DNA from: an uncultured Clostridia bacterium
GTDB lineage: Bacteria; Bacillota; Clostridia; Christensenellales; CAG-314
Length of the DNA: 64,000 nt
Assembly (NCBI GenBank): GCA_947601445.1
Contig: CANQGD010000004.1
Span: forward strand, 1,108-65,107
Direction of reading: 5' to 3'
The stretch's first letter is position 1, and each line of letters opens with the position of its first letter. The notes beneath the pieces were generated by a model that was not told the origin of the DNA, did no database searches, and saw nothing but the letters and a program-made list of their open reading frames with translations. Below are positions 19,994-29,228 of this stretch, piece after piece. The translations under genes were made by a program, and so were the position numbers.

Positions 19994-21874
19994 ATGTTAT
20001 TGCAAATAAAATCGGCGGAATTTCGATACGGAGATGCGATAATTTTCAAAAATGTTAATTTGGATGTAAACGAGGGCGACTGCATTGGTATTGTCGGCGC
20101 AAACGGAGCGGGCAAAAGTACTTTGCTCAACTGTATTGCCGGACAGTTGCAATTGTTTGACGGTACGCTGTCTATACGTGGCAATCTGAGTGTAGGCTAT
20201 CTTCGTCAAAACTGCGATTTTGATTCCTCGAATACATTATTCGACGAACTGTTATCGGTTTTTTCTCATCAATACGAACTTTTAGAACAAATAAAAGCTG
20301 TTTCCGACAGTATGTCGCGTGTTTCGCCGTATAGTCACGAATACCGGGTCCTTGCGGAAAAATATCACCGTCTCAATGTGGAAGCGGACGTAGAGGAGGC
20401 GTATAACTCCGAAGTTAAGGTGAGGACTGTTCTTAACGGTATGGGTATGGCGGAATTTGCTTCTCATATGGTGTCTACCTTGTCGGGTGGCGAAAAGACC
20501 AAAGCTGCGCTTTGCAAATTGTTGTTGCAACGACCCGAATTGATGATATTGGATGAACCGACCAATCACCTTGACTATAAAACTCTCGATTGGCTGGAAA
20601 ATTTTCTTTCGGATAAAAAGTCCACTTTGTTGATAGTTTCTCATGACAGATATTTTTTAGACAAACTGTGTACATCCGTCTGGGACGTGTGCAATCATAC
20701 CGTCACTGCCTACAACGGAAATTATACCAAATACAAACTGCTCAAAGAGGAACGGCGCAAAGCACAACTTGCCGCATATGAAAAACAGCAACGCGAAATA
20801 GCCAAATTACAGAATTATATAGCGCGCAACAAGGTTAGGGCAAGCACTGCGGATATGGCAAAATCTCGCGAAAAAGCACTTCTGCGAATGGATATGGCAG
20901 AGGCACCTTCAAAGGATGAACGTCCGCCGAAATTCGGTTTTTCTTATACGTCGGAACCTTCTGAATTTCCGTTGACGTTGCGAAATGTGGAGTTGAAATT
21001 TCTCGACAAAGTATTGTTGAAGGAAGGCAATTTGCAGCTTCGACGTGGGCAAAAGATGGCGCTGTTGGGATTGAACGGAGTTGGCAAGACAAGTTTGATA
21101 AAACGTATCGCGGCATTTAATCCCGCGGATTCAGGCAAGATTATTTTCGGAAAAAACGTACGTTTAGGCTATTACGATCAAGAAAATATAAATCTTGACG
21201 GCAATTTGCGCGTATTGGATCAACTGTGGTTCGATAACACTCGCATGTCTCAAACGGAAGTAAGAAGTCTTCTTGCCGAGGTTGGTCTCGGTGCGGACGA
21301 TGTATATAAACGTGTGTCCGAACTAAGCGGCGGAGAACGTGCAAAATTGGGTATTGCAATGATAATGGCAAAGGACTGCAATCTTTTGCTCTTGGACGAA
21401 CCGACGAACCACTTGGATTTACCCTCTCGCGAGGCGTTGGAAGACGCACTAAAAACATATACGGGAACAATACTGTTTGTTTCCCATGACAGATACTTTG
21501 TGAACAGTGTTTCGGATTGCATTGCGGAACTTGCCGACGGAACTCTAACGCTTCAACAGGGAAACTACGATGATTTTATTTCTCGCAAAAGAGCTGCCGA
21601 GCAACCCGTATCAAGCGTAAAGCCAAAGCCTGTGACAAATTACCGTAGTCCCAAGCAACGGGCGGAGGCTGCCAATCGCGCTCGCAGATTGAAAGAGCTT
21701 GAATCGCGCATAACCGATCTGGAACAAATGACGGCGCTTTTGAACGAACAGATGGTCTCCACCGAAGTGGCGTCCGATTACGTGAAACTTTCTGCCGTAA
21801 TGAAACAGCTGTCGCAAGTGGAGCAAGAATTGGAGCTGACGCTTTCCGAATGGGAAAAATTGAGTTTGGAATAA
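19994..21874 (+). CDS. ABC-F family ATPase (two NBDs, no TMD)
   Basis: Two Walker A motifs (GANGAGKST, GLNGVGKTS), two LSGGE signatures, an inter-domain linker and a C-terminal coiled-coil tail. Confidence 0.85.
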   Translation: MLLQIKSAEFRYGDAIIFKNVNLDVNEGDCIGIVGANGAGKSTLLNCIAGQLQLFDGTLSIRGNLSVGYLRQNCDFDSSNTLFDELLSVFSHQYELLEQIKAVSDSMSRVSPYSHEYRVLAEKYHRLNVEADVEEAYNSEVKVRTVLNGMGMAEFASHMVSTLSGGEKTKAALCKLLLQRPELMILDEPTNHLDYKTLDWLENFLSDKKSTLLIVSHDRYFLDKLCTSVWDVCNHTVTAYNGNYTKYKLLKEERRKAQLAAYEKQQREIAKLQNYIARNKVRASTADMAKSREKALLRMDMAEAPSKDERPPKFGFSYTSEPSEFPLTLRNVELKFLDKVLLKEGNLQLRRGQKMALLGLNGVGKTSLIKRIAAFNPADSGKIIFGKNVRLGYYDQENINLDGNLRVLDQLWFDNTRMSQTEVRSLLAEVGLGADDVYKRVSELSGGERAKLGIAMIMAKDCNLLLLDEPTNHLDLPSREALEDALKTYTGTILFVSHDRYFVNSVSDCIAELADGTLTLQQGNYDDFISRKRAAEQPVSSVKPKPVTNYRSPKQRAEAANRARRLKELESRITDLEQMTALLNEQMVSTEVASDYVKLSAVMKQLSQVEQELELTLSEWEKLSLE

Positions 21875-21927
21875 ATAAAAATGCGGAAACGCAGACTACT
21901 ATTGCAGACATAGTAGTCGTTTGGGGC

Positions 21928-21978
21928 AAAAAAAAACAAGGATTGTGGTGCATGCACAATGTCCTTGTTTGTTGTTTT
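21928..21978. terminator. Bidirectional terminator between convergent genes
   Basis: A-run, then CAAGGATTGTG...CACAATGTCCTTG hairpin, then T-run. Confidence 0.6.
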
Positions 21979-22056
21979 GGGAAACTCTTTATTAACTGTA
22001 TTTGTTGTTTGTTCCTGTTTTGCAGTCGGATTTTGTTTTCTTTTAACTTTGCGGAG

Positions 22057-22917
22057 TTATTTTTGTTTTTTATACAACGGCAGCAACATTCTTGTTTGTT
22101 TTTTGTATTCGGCAAAGCCGTCTTTGCGCGCTTGCCTTTTATCCGCCATTGGAATACTGACGCACAAGAACAGCAGCGTATTTGCAATCGCGCCGGCAGC
22201 AAGATACCATCTGTTCGGAGCGATACAGACGTATGAGAGAGCAATACCCCACCACATAAGTATTTCTCCGAGGTAATTGGGGTGACGGCTGTATTTCCAC
22301 AATCCGTTTCTGATAAAAGGTGCGTTTCTGTTTTTGCGGTAACGGTGCATTTGAACGTCCGCTGTGCATTGCAGTGCCGTCGCGCAAACCGAAACTACAA
22401 AAAATGCCAAAGCGCCGAAGTTAAATGCGGGATTTTCCGTAAATGTAAATACAACGGGCAAAGTACAACCGTACACAACCAGCGTAGGCACAAGATGTAT
22501 GCCGACAAAATTTACAACGGGATACAGCTTTCCCGTTTTTTCGTGCAACATTGTATAGCGCCAATCCTGGTATCCCAATCCGTTAAACGTATAAGCCCAA
22601 TTTGCGGTCAGTCTTATTCCCCACAACATTATTGCGATAAGCGGTAGTATTTGTACCAAATTCAAATTTTTCGTCGCTATTGCAAAACCGATCGTAATAA
22701 CCATCGGTTGAACGCTCCAATACGGATCATACACCGAGGCGTTTGCGAATATCAGGCTGAAAACAAACGTCACGACTGTGGCTACAATATCGGCAAGCAG
22801 CAAATTCAGCCAAGTTTGAAAAGGAAAATATATACAGCAAACTATACCCGCGGCACTTGCTAAAATGTAAATCAATGCAATAATAACAAAACTCCACGCC
22901 CGTCCGATATTTTTCAT
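22057..22917 (-). CDS. DUF1295 / steroid-5-alpha-reductase-like membrane protein
   Basis: WKYSRHPNYLGEILMWWG motif in a multi-TM protein. Start placed at ATG 22917 behind AAAGGAG. Confidence 0.75.
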   Translation of the reverse strand: MKNIGRAWSFVIIALIYILASAAGIVCCIYFPFQTWLNLLLADIVATVVTFVFSLIFANASVYDPYWSVQPMVITIGFAIATKNLNLVQILPLIAIMLWGIRLTANWAYTFNGLGYQDWRYTMLHEKTGKLYPVVNFVGIHLVPTLVVYGCTLPVVFTFTENPAFNFGALAFFVVSVCATALQCTADVQMHRYRKNRNAPFIRNGLWKYSRHPNYLGEILMWWGIALSYVCIAPNRWYLAAGAIANTLLFLCVSIPMADKRQARKDGFAEYKKQTRMLLPLYKKQK

Positions 22918-23178
22918 CACTGGTACTCCTTTGGGATAAATTATATCAAAATATATCGTTGTGTCAATACCCAATCAGTATACTTAAATCTATATGCAAG
23001 GTTTGTTGTTGCCAAATTTGCCGCCTTGTGATAAAATCAATAAATAAATCGTTTCAAAGCGCTCCGCCGAAAAAGTGGAGATCGTTTGATTGTTACCAAA
23101 CGGATTATTGAAAAAAAATTCGAGAAACAGTTGTGTTCTATCGATTGTTTGCAAATATCGGAGAATTTTATCTGGCAT

Positions 23179-23880
23179 ATGAAAACTTGTCTTATAACGG
23201 GCGGCAGCCGAGGAATAGGGGCTGCCACGGCAGTAAAGTTTGCTAAGGAAGGATATACCGTAATCCTCAATTACAATCGCAGCGCGTTTCAAGCGGAAAA
23301 TTTGTGCAATACCTTGCGTGCAGAAGGTTGCGACGTACATCTTTTGCATGCAGATTTGTCCGATTTATCACAGCTCAAACAAATGTTTGCCGAAACAGAA
23401 AAATATTTTAAAAAACTCAACGTCCTGGTAAATAACGCGGGCATTGCTCTTACAAAGCAATTACAAGACGTGTCCGAATCGGAATACGATTCGATATTTG
23501 CAGTCAACGCGAAAGCAACGTTTTTTTGTTGCCGAGAAGCGTTGCCGTTGCTTGCGAAAACAGGCGGAACGATAGTAAACGTGGCGTCTATATGGGGACT
23601 TTACGGTTCTTCTTGCGAAAGTGTTTACAGCATGAGCAAGCATGCCGTTGTAGGGCTGACGCGCAGTCTGTCCGAAGAACTTTTTCCTATGGGCATCAAT
23701 GTAAACTGCGTTTGTCCGCCCATTGTCGAAACGGATATGTGCGCTCACCTCACCGAAAGGGATATTGCCGATTTTTGTGCCGAACGAAATACGCGTCTTT
23801 ACACACCTCAACAGGTTGCGGAAGATATTTTTTCTCTTGGTACCTGCGGAGAAACCGGTAAAATTTTGTTGGAGAAATAA
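23179..23880 (+). CDS. SDR-family oxidoreductase (3-oxoacyl-ACP-reductase-like)
   Basis: TGGSRGIGAA Rossmann motif, NNAG, and the catalytic S...YSMSK tetrad region. Confidence 0.85.
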   Translation: MKTCLITGGSRGIGAATAVKFAKEGYTVILNYNRSAFQAENLCNTLRAEGCDVHLLHADLSDLSQLKQMFAETEKYFKKLNVLVNNAGIALTKQLQDVSESEYDSIFAVNAKATFFCCREALPLLAKTGGTIVNVASIWGLYGSSCESVYSMSKHAVVGLTRSLSEELFPMGINVNCVCPPIVETDMCAHLTERDIADFCAERNTRLYTPQQVAEDIFSLGTCGETGKILLEK

Positions 23881-23883
23881 ACT

Positions 23884-24861
23884 ATGGAGTGGTATTGGAT
23901 ATTACTTATCGTATTTGGAGTTGTCGCGTTACTCGTTGGATTGTATCTTATTTTGGCGTATATCGTGGCAAAAGGTACGTTGAAAGCGGCGACTACGCCT
24001 GTGGCGCATACCATCGAGGAGGCACGCGCATTTCAAACGGAATATGAAGGTATGGACTATACCGACTATGACGCGGTTTGGCGCAAGCAATCCTTTGAAG
24101 TAGAAGGTACGCAGGGGATAATTCGCGGTGAAATTATTTTTAATGACGGCAGTTTATCGGAAAATAAGGTCGCGATCATTTGTCACGGTCATACCTGGAA
24201 TCGGATAAATTCTTTGAAGTACGCGCGCATTTTTTATTCAAAGGGATACAACGTAGTAATTTACGACCATGCTTATTTCGGTTTGTCCGACGGCAAATTT
24301 ACCTCTCTCGGCTACTATGAGCGTTATGATCTATCGGCGGTGCTTGACTATACGCGCGGTTTGTTCGGTAAAAATGCTTTTTTTGTACTGCACGGAGAAA
24401 GCATGGGAGCGGTAACGGTACTTTGCGAACTGTCTTTACGTAAGGATATAGATGCGGTTATTGCCGATTGTGCTTTCAGCGATACTATTACGTATTATCG
24501 ACAACTGTGTTATAAATCCACGCATTTACCCGGATTTCCGATTGTAGATATATCGAATATCATGTCAAAGCGAAAATTCGGTTATGATTTTGCTGCGGTA
24601 AAGCCTATCGAGGATGTAAAAAACAGCAACGTTCCCATTTGTTTTATTCACGGCAAATCCGACCGTTTTATACGTCCGGAACATAGCGAGAAGATGTTTG
24701 ATGTGGCAGAAAACCCCTTGTCCGAACTGCATTTGATACCGAATGCCGGGCATGCTCGCAGTTATCATGTAGATAATGTCGGATACGAACGTATCATATC
24801 CGAATTTCTCGACAAGGTTTACAGTTTGAAATACGGTCAATCCGACGAAACAAATAAATAA
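23884..24861 (+). CDS. Membrane-anchored alpha/beta hydrolase
   Basis: N-terminal TM, nucleophile elbow GESMG, and later D and H (NAGH). Confidence 0.75.
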   Translation: MEWYWILLIVFGVVALLVGLYLILAYIVAKGTLKAATTPVAHTIEEARAFQTEYEGMDYTDYDAVWRKQSFEVEGTQGIIRGEIIFNDGSLSENKVAIICHGHTWNRINSLKYARIFYSKGYNVVIYDHAYFGLSDGKFTSLGYYERYDLSAVLDYTRGLFGKNAFFVLHGESMGAVTVLCELSLRKDIDAVIADCAFSDTITYYRQLCYKSTHLPGFPIVDISNIMSKRKFGYDFAAVKPIEDVKNSNVPICFIHGKSDRFIRPEHSEKMFDVAENPLSELHLIPNAGHARSYHVDNVGYERIISEFLDKVYSLKYGQSDETNK

Positions 24862-24873
24862 AGGAGAACTTAT

Positions 24874-26550
24874 ATGGTAAAAATTTCCGAAATCGTCTAC
24901 ACACGTCCGGATAAAAATTTTATTTTGGGCGAATTCGCTCGTTTCAAAAACAGATTCGAATCTGCACATGACGCACAGGAATTTTATACGATTCACGAAC
25001 AGTTCAGAGATTTTTTCGAAAAGATTAACAGCAATATACAACTTGCTTTCATTCGTTTTACGCAAGATACACGCAACGAGTTTTATGCTGCGGAAAAAGA
25101 TTATCTCGATGAAATCGGTCCGGAATTAAATGCCGCAAGCGCCGAGATATTCAATTGTTATCTTACCGCACCCTTCCGTGACGAATTGGAAAAGCGTTTT
25201 CCTCACGTAATGTTTGTCAATTTGCAAATGAGCGTGGATGCAAACGATCCCCGTCTTATACCGTATCGTATAGAGGAAAATAAACTTACTACTCGTTATT
25301 CCAAACTGATGAGCGGGATAGTCATCGATTTCAACGGCGAAAGGCTTCCCATGAGCGGTATTTCCAAATATTTTACGTCAAGCGATCGCGATTTGAGAAA
25401 ACGCGCATACGTTGCTTGGGGACAGGCAATAGAGGATAACAAAGTCGAGTTGGACGATATATATGATAAATTGATTGATGTACGCACGCAAATGGGCAAG
25501 GTACTCGGTTTTGACGGATTTTCCAAGCTCGGCTATATGCAGATGCAGCGTAATTGTTACAACAAAGAGGATATTGCACGTTTTCGCGCTAACGTATTGA
25601 AATATATGGTACCGCTTGCGCAAAAGGTTCGTGCAAAAGTGGGCAATACTTTACATTTGGGAAAACAGTATTTATACGACATAAATGTGTATACGGCGGA
25701 GGAACCGAAACCGATAGGCAATCCGCAGGAGATGTTTGCTGCCGCGTCACAAATGTACAATGAAATGTCCGAAGAAACGGGTAAATTATTTGATACAATG
25801 GTGGAAAGCGAATGTTTTGACGTCATGTCGCGCGAAGGTAAGGAGGGCGGCGGCTATTGCGAAGGATTGCCGGCATACAAATTGCCGTTTATTTTCTCCA
25901 ATTGGAACGGTTCTGCCGGGGATGTCGATGTATTGACGCATGAGTTCGGACACGCCTTGGAATTTTACAAGAGCTTTTTTATCGACAGCGAATTTTTAAG
26001 CAGCGTCAGTATGGAAACTGCAGAAGTTCACAGTATGTCGATGGAGTTTTTGGCATATCCATGGATACATTTATTCTTTGGAGATAAAACGGAAGAATAT
26101 AAATTTACCCATATAGGCGGAGCTGTTACGTTTATTCCCTACGGAACAATAGTGGACTTTTTTCAGCAAAGCTGTTACGACAATCCCGATATGACTCCTG
26201 CACAGCGCAACGAACTGTACAATAAATTGGAAAAGCAGTTTTTGCCTTATATGACTACCGAAGGATTGCCCGCATTTCAGGACGGACGGCGCTGGCAACG
26301 TCAGGCACATATTTTTCACAATCCGTTCTATTATATCGATTACTGTCTTGCGCAGTTTACGGCACTGCAATTTTTGGCATTGTCGCAAAATGATTACAAA
26401 AGCGCTTTTGAAAAGTATATTGCATTTCTCAATTACGGCGGCACGAAAACCTTCACGGAGTTGTTGGATGTTTGCGGTTTGATGTCGCCGTTTGAAGAAG
26501 ATAGTTTCAAGACGGTGGTGGAAACTTGCGAGAAGATACTCGGTTTGTAA
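24874..26550 (+). CDS. M3-family oligoendopeptidase (PepF-like)
   Basis: HEFGH zinc motif at the expected position. Length is 558 aa. SD is AAAGGAG. Confidence 0.85.
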   Translation: MVKISEIVYTRPDKNFILGEFARFKNRFESAHDAQEFYTIHEQFRDFFEKINSNIQLAFIRFTQDTRNEFYAAEKDYLDEIGPELNAASAEIFNCYLTAPFRDELEKRFPHVMFVNLQMSVDANDPRLIPYRIEENKLTTRYSKLMSGIVIDFNGERLPMSGISKYFTSSDRDLRKRAYVAWGQAIEDNKVELDDIYDKLIDVRTQMGKVLGFDGFSKLGYMQMQRNCYNKEDIARFRANVLKYMVPLAQKVRAKVGNTLHLGKQYLYDINVYTAEEPKPIGNPQEMFAAASQMYNEMSEETGKLFDTMVESECFDVMSREGKEGGGYCEGLPAYKLPFIFSNWNGSAGDVDVLTHEFGHALEFYKSFFIDSEFLSSVSMETAEVHSMSMEFLAYPWIHLFFGDKTEEYKFTHIGGAVTFIPYGTIVDFFQQSCYDNPDMTPAQRNELYNKLEKQFLPYMTTEGLPAFQDGRRWQRQAHIFHNPFYYIDYCLAQFTALQFLALSQNDYKSAFEKYIAFLNYGGTKTFTELLDVCGLMSPFEEDSFKTVVETCEKILGL

Positions 26551-26734
26551 TTGATTTTGTATGCGGCGTATGACTTTGGGATGTTACGCAATGTAGGTTT
26601 TTACATCCGTTTATCGCTCGCGGTAAAATCCGTGCCGTATACAAGTGAATGTCGCAATTAAAATTTTTAGATGACAAAGGGCTGATTCAAATGTGATTTT
26701 CATTTGCAACAGCCCGTTTTGTTTGCATATTACG

Positions 26735-27157
26735 TTATTTCCCGAATGTAATTTTGGGAATATCGATTTTGCGCGGATGACGTCTCGTGACTTCTTCGAT
26801 TATTTTCTTGATAGTTTCTTCTCGTGCGTCATCGTCCAGCTCAGACAGTTCTTCTATTTGCGCCATTACCTTTGGATTGCGAGTTACAAACACATGATCC
26901 AGCTCGCACTCCGATTTGATTTTTGAAATAAGCGTGTTTACAAAGGTATCATATTGACTTTTTGCGGAAAATTTTTCCGTTTTGACGGCAACCACGGCAA
27001 CTCGTTTGTAAATTAAGCATTTGGCGTCCGTTACATTGTCGTTTTCCATTGCCATTTCACATATTTTCTTTTCGCAATCCGTTTCGGCAATAGCAATAGA
27101 CGTTACGCTCAACGCCAACAAAAGTATTGTCAATACAACCGTTACAATTTTTTTCAT
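26735..27157 (-). CDS. YhcN/YlaJ-like sporulation protein (secreted)
   Basis: Signal peptide MKKIVTVVLTILLLALSV, a VAVVAVK core and an acidic C-terminus as in the YhcN/YlaJ family. SD is GGAGG. No canonical lipobox is seen. Confidence 0.45.
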   Translation of the reverse strand: MKKIVTVVLTILLLALSVTSIAIAETDCEKKICEMAMENDNVTDAKCLIYKRVAVVAVKTEKFSAKSQYDTFVNTLISKIKSECELDHVFVTRNPKVMAQIEELSELDDDAREETIKKIIEEVTRRHPRKIDIPKITFGK

Positions 27158-27296
27158 ATAGCCTCCTTTGCGAAATGTCGTCAGACACTGCATTTAGCTT
27201 TGTTTTGGCAATAGTATCTGCATTTTCTCGCGTATTATTACACACTCGTATTTTTTTCGTCAATTGTACCGCTATACAATTGTGCAGAGGTGAAAT

Positions 27297-27470
27297 ATGA
27301 ACGGAGTAATCCCGATAATAATAGTGTGCGGAGTCGGCATAGTTGCAAGTTTTGCTTATATAATAATTTTATGCGTAAAGGCTGTGCGTCGTCGCCCTCC
27401 ACGCAAACGCGAGTTGGAAATAGAAGAGGACGTGCTTACCGTGAAACTGAATAAACGTCGCAAGCACTAA
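27297..27470 (+). CDS. Small single-TM protein (57 aa)
   Basis: Not in the ORF track because it is under 60 aa. SD AGAGG lies 6 nt before the ATG. Sequence is MNGVIPIIIVCGVGIVASFAYIIILCV followed by a basic tail. Confidence 0.4.
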   Translation: MNGVIPIIIVCGVGIVASFAYIIILCVKAVRRRPPRKRELEIEEDVLTVKLNKRRKH

Positions 27471-27553
27471 GTCGGTTGGGTACAATTTTTGCGAAAACCT
27501 TGTACGTTTTGATTAAATTTGTTTAATTGTAAAACTTATTTATGTATTTGCTA

Positions 27554-27582
27554 TTGAAACATAAAACTATTTATGATAAAAT
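27554..27582 (+). promoter_or_regulatory. SigA-type promoter upstream of deoC
   Basis: TTGAAA, 17-nt spacer, TAAAAT. This leaves a ~100-nt 5' UTR before ATG 27690. Confidence 0.45.
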
Positions 27583-27689
27583 AATAAAGCACAATCTTTC
27601 CGACTTACAGTGAAAGGTGCGGCGACAAGCGATAAACGGCGTTTGAACAATCAACGCGAATCGCGACATAAATATTTCGGAGGAAAAAT

Positions 27690-28337
27690 ATGACAAAACA
27701 AGAAATCGCAAAAATGATCGATCACACTCTTTTGAAACCGGCAACCACATCTCAGATCGTGGCTTTGTGCAATGAGGCAAAGCAATACGGTTTTGCTTCC
27801 GTATGCGTAAATCCCTGTCACGTAAAAACGGCAGCCAAGGAACTTGAAGGTTCCGATGTGAAAGTTTGTACGGTTATAGGGTTTCCTTTGGGAGAAAATA
27901 CGACGCGTGTCAAGGTATTTGAAACCAAAGACGCAATAAAAAACGGCGCAACGGAAATCGACATGGTAATCAGTCAATCCCTTGCCAAAAGCAATTCGTG
28001 GAAAAAGATTCAAAAAGAGGTTGCCGCGGTCAAAAAGGCGTGCGGAGAAGTTTTGTTAAAGGTGATTCTCGAAACTTGCAATCTCACCAACAAACAAATT
28101 GTGTCGGCAAGTAAAGCGTGTGTCGAGGCGGGCGCTCAATTTGTTAAAACAAGCACCGGTTTCGGCAGCGGCGGAGCAACAGTCGAAGCTGTCGCTTTAA
28201 TGGCGGAAACAGTTCATCCTTATGGATTGAAAGTGAAAGCCAGCGGCGGTATCCACAACTACGACGAAGCCGTTGCAATGGTGGAAAACGGTGCGGATCG
28301 AATCGGCGCAAGTTGCGGCGTAAAAATTTGTGAGTAA
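27690..28337 (+). CDS. deoC: Deoxyribose-phosphate aldolase
   Basis: IDHTLLKP, VCVNP, the Schiff-base Lys region FVKTSTGF, and KASGGI. Confidence 0.9.
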   Translation: MTKQEIAKMIDHTLLKPATTSQIVALCNEAKQYGFASVCVNPCHVKTAAKELEGSDVKVCTVIGFPLGENTTRVKVFETKDAIKNGATEIDMVISQSLAKSNSWKKIQKEVAAVKKACGEVLLKVILETCNLTNKQIVSASKACVEAGAQFVKTSTGFGSGGATVEAVALMAETVHPYGLKVKASGGIHNYDEAVAMVENGADRIGASCGVKICE

Positions 28338-28353
28338 ATTTTATAAAGCAAAA

Positions 28354-28388
28354 AAATCCCGTGAAAAACGTTTTCACGGGATTTTTGT
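28354..28388 (+). terminator. Intrinsic terminator after deoC
   Basis: AAATCCCGTGAAAA-ACG-TTTTCACGGGATTT followed by TTG. Confidence 0.75.
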
Positions 28389-28552
28389 GTTTCATTACCC
28401 TTCAATTAAATTGACTCGGACAGGAAATATAACATTAAATTGCAACAATTAAAGTGCAGTACAAATTCTTTGTAAATTTGTTTTTGATTTGACGTTGTTT
28501 TTTGAGATTTTCAATATAAGAGAGTTTTGATTTGGACAGTTTAATCAATTTC

Positions 28553-28581
28553 TTGACAATTTATCTGACTTATATTATACT
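28553..28581 (+). promoter_or_regulatory. Near-consensus SigA-type promoter of the structured leader
   Basis: TTGACA (28553-28558), 17-nt spacer, TATACT (28576-28581). Confidence 0.6.
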
Positions 28582-28587
28582 AAATTT

Positions 28588-28743
28588 GCCAAACAATTCT
28601 TAATAATTCGGGGAGTACTTTTTATGTTTACATAAAGATGTATAATTTTTACGCATATCAATACAATGGAATTGGTAAAAATGCAAATTCCACTTATGTT
28701 TGGTATGCGTATTTCGTACTCTGCGTAAGAATTGTTTGGCGAC
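28588..28743 (+). promoter_or_regulatory. Unclassified highly structured leader RNA (candidate riboswitch or cis-regulatory RNA)
   Basis: A perfect 15-bp helix pairs 28588-28602 with 28726-28740. Nested helices are 28609-28618/28716-28725, 28629-28633/28638-28642, 28650-28657/28704-28711 and 28667-28673/28686-28692. Confidence 0.5.
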
Positions 28744-28763
28744 AATCGGAGTTTGCGTTTTTC

Positions 28764-28792
28764 GTGCGCCGGCTTCGGTTGGCGCACTTTTT
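28764..28792 (+). terminator. Intrinsic terminator ending the leader, just before the SD of the next gene
   Basis: GTGCGCC-GGCTTCGGTT-GGCGCAC followed by TTTTT. SD AGGAGA is at 28801 and the ATG at 28812. Confidence 0.65.
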
Positions 28793-28811
28793 ATATTATA
28801 AGGAGAAACAA

Positions 28812-29207
28812 ATGAAGAAAGTAACAGCTGTTTTTTTAACATTCATGGTGATTTTTGCATTATTTTCTTTAACTGCTGTAGTTCTGATATGGAGAAATAT
28901 GAATTGGTTGATGTGTATTTCGCTACTATCACAGTTGATCATTATGAATACAATTTATATTGAGTTTGATTTTGGAAACGGAACTTATAAATTGAAAAAC
29001 AAAGTAAAAATAAACGAGATTGTCAGTATACAAAAAGGAGATTTTTGGGTTGATGACGATAATCATATTACAATTACAAATGATGATATACCGTCTCAAA
29101 ATTATCTCTTATGTCCGGGTGAAGAGATTTATTTCGAGGGTAATAAGCTTATCATAAAAGGCTATGTTTTGGGATATGGGGATATTTCCATGACTTTTCA
29201 AAAATAA
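28812..29207 (+). CDS. Small membrane protein (131 aa), unknown family
   Basis: SD AGGAGA, then ATG. It has two N-terminal TM segments and a beta-rich C-terminal part. The longer track ORF from 28638 runs through the leader and terminator, so I rejected it. Confidence 0.55.
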   Translation: MKKVTAVFLTFMVIFALFSLTAVVLIWRNMNWLMCISLLSQLIIMNTIYIEFDFGNGTYKLKNKVKINEIVSIQKGDFWVDDDNHITITNDDIPSQNYLLCPGEEIYFEGNKLIIKGYVLGYGDISMTFQK

Positions 29208-29228
29208 AATGTTGAGAGAGGGTTGATT

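Noticed and set aside
21576-22276. ORFs 21576..22244 (-), 21850..22236 (+) and 21959..22276 (+)
   Set aside because: They overlap the 3' ends of two well-supported convergent genes and the bidirectional terminator. They are shadow or terminator-spanning frames.
28638-28811. N-terminal extension of the 189-aa ORF 28638..29207
   Set aside because: The extension covers the structured leader and an intrinsic terminator and has no SD. ATG 28812 is preceded by AGGAGA.
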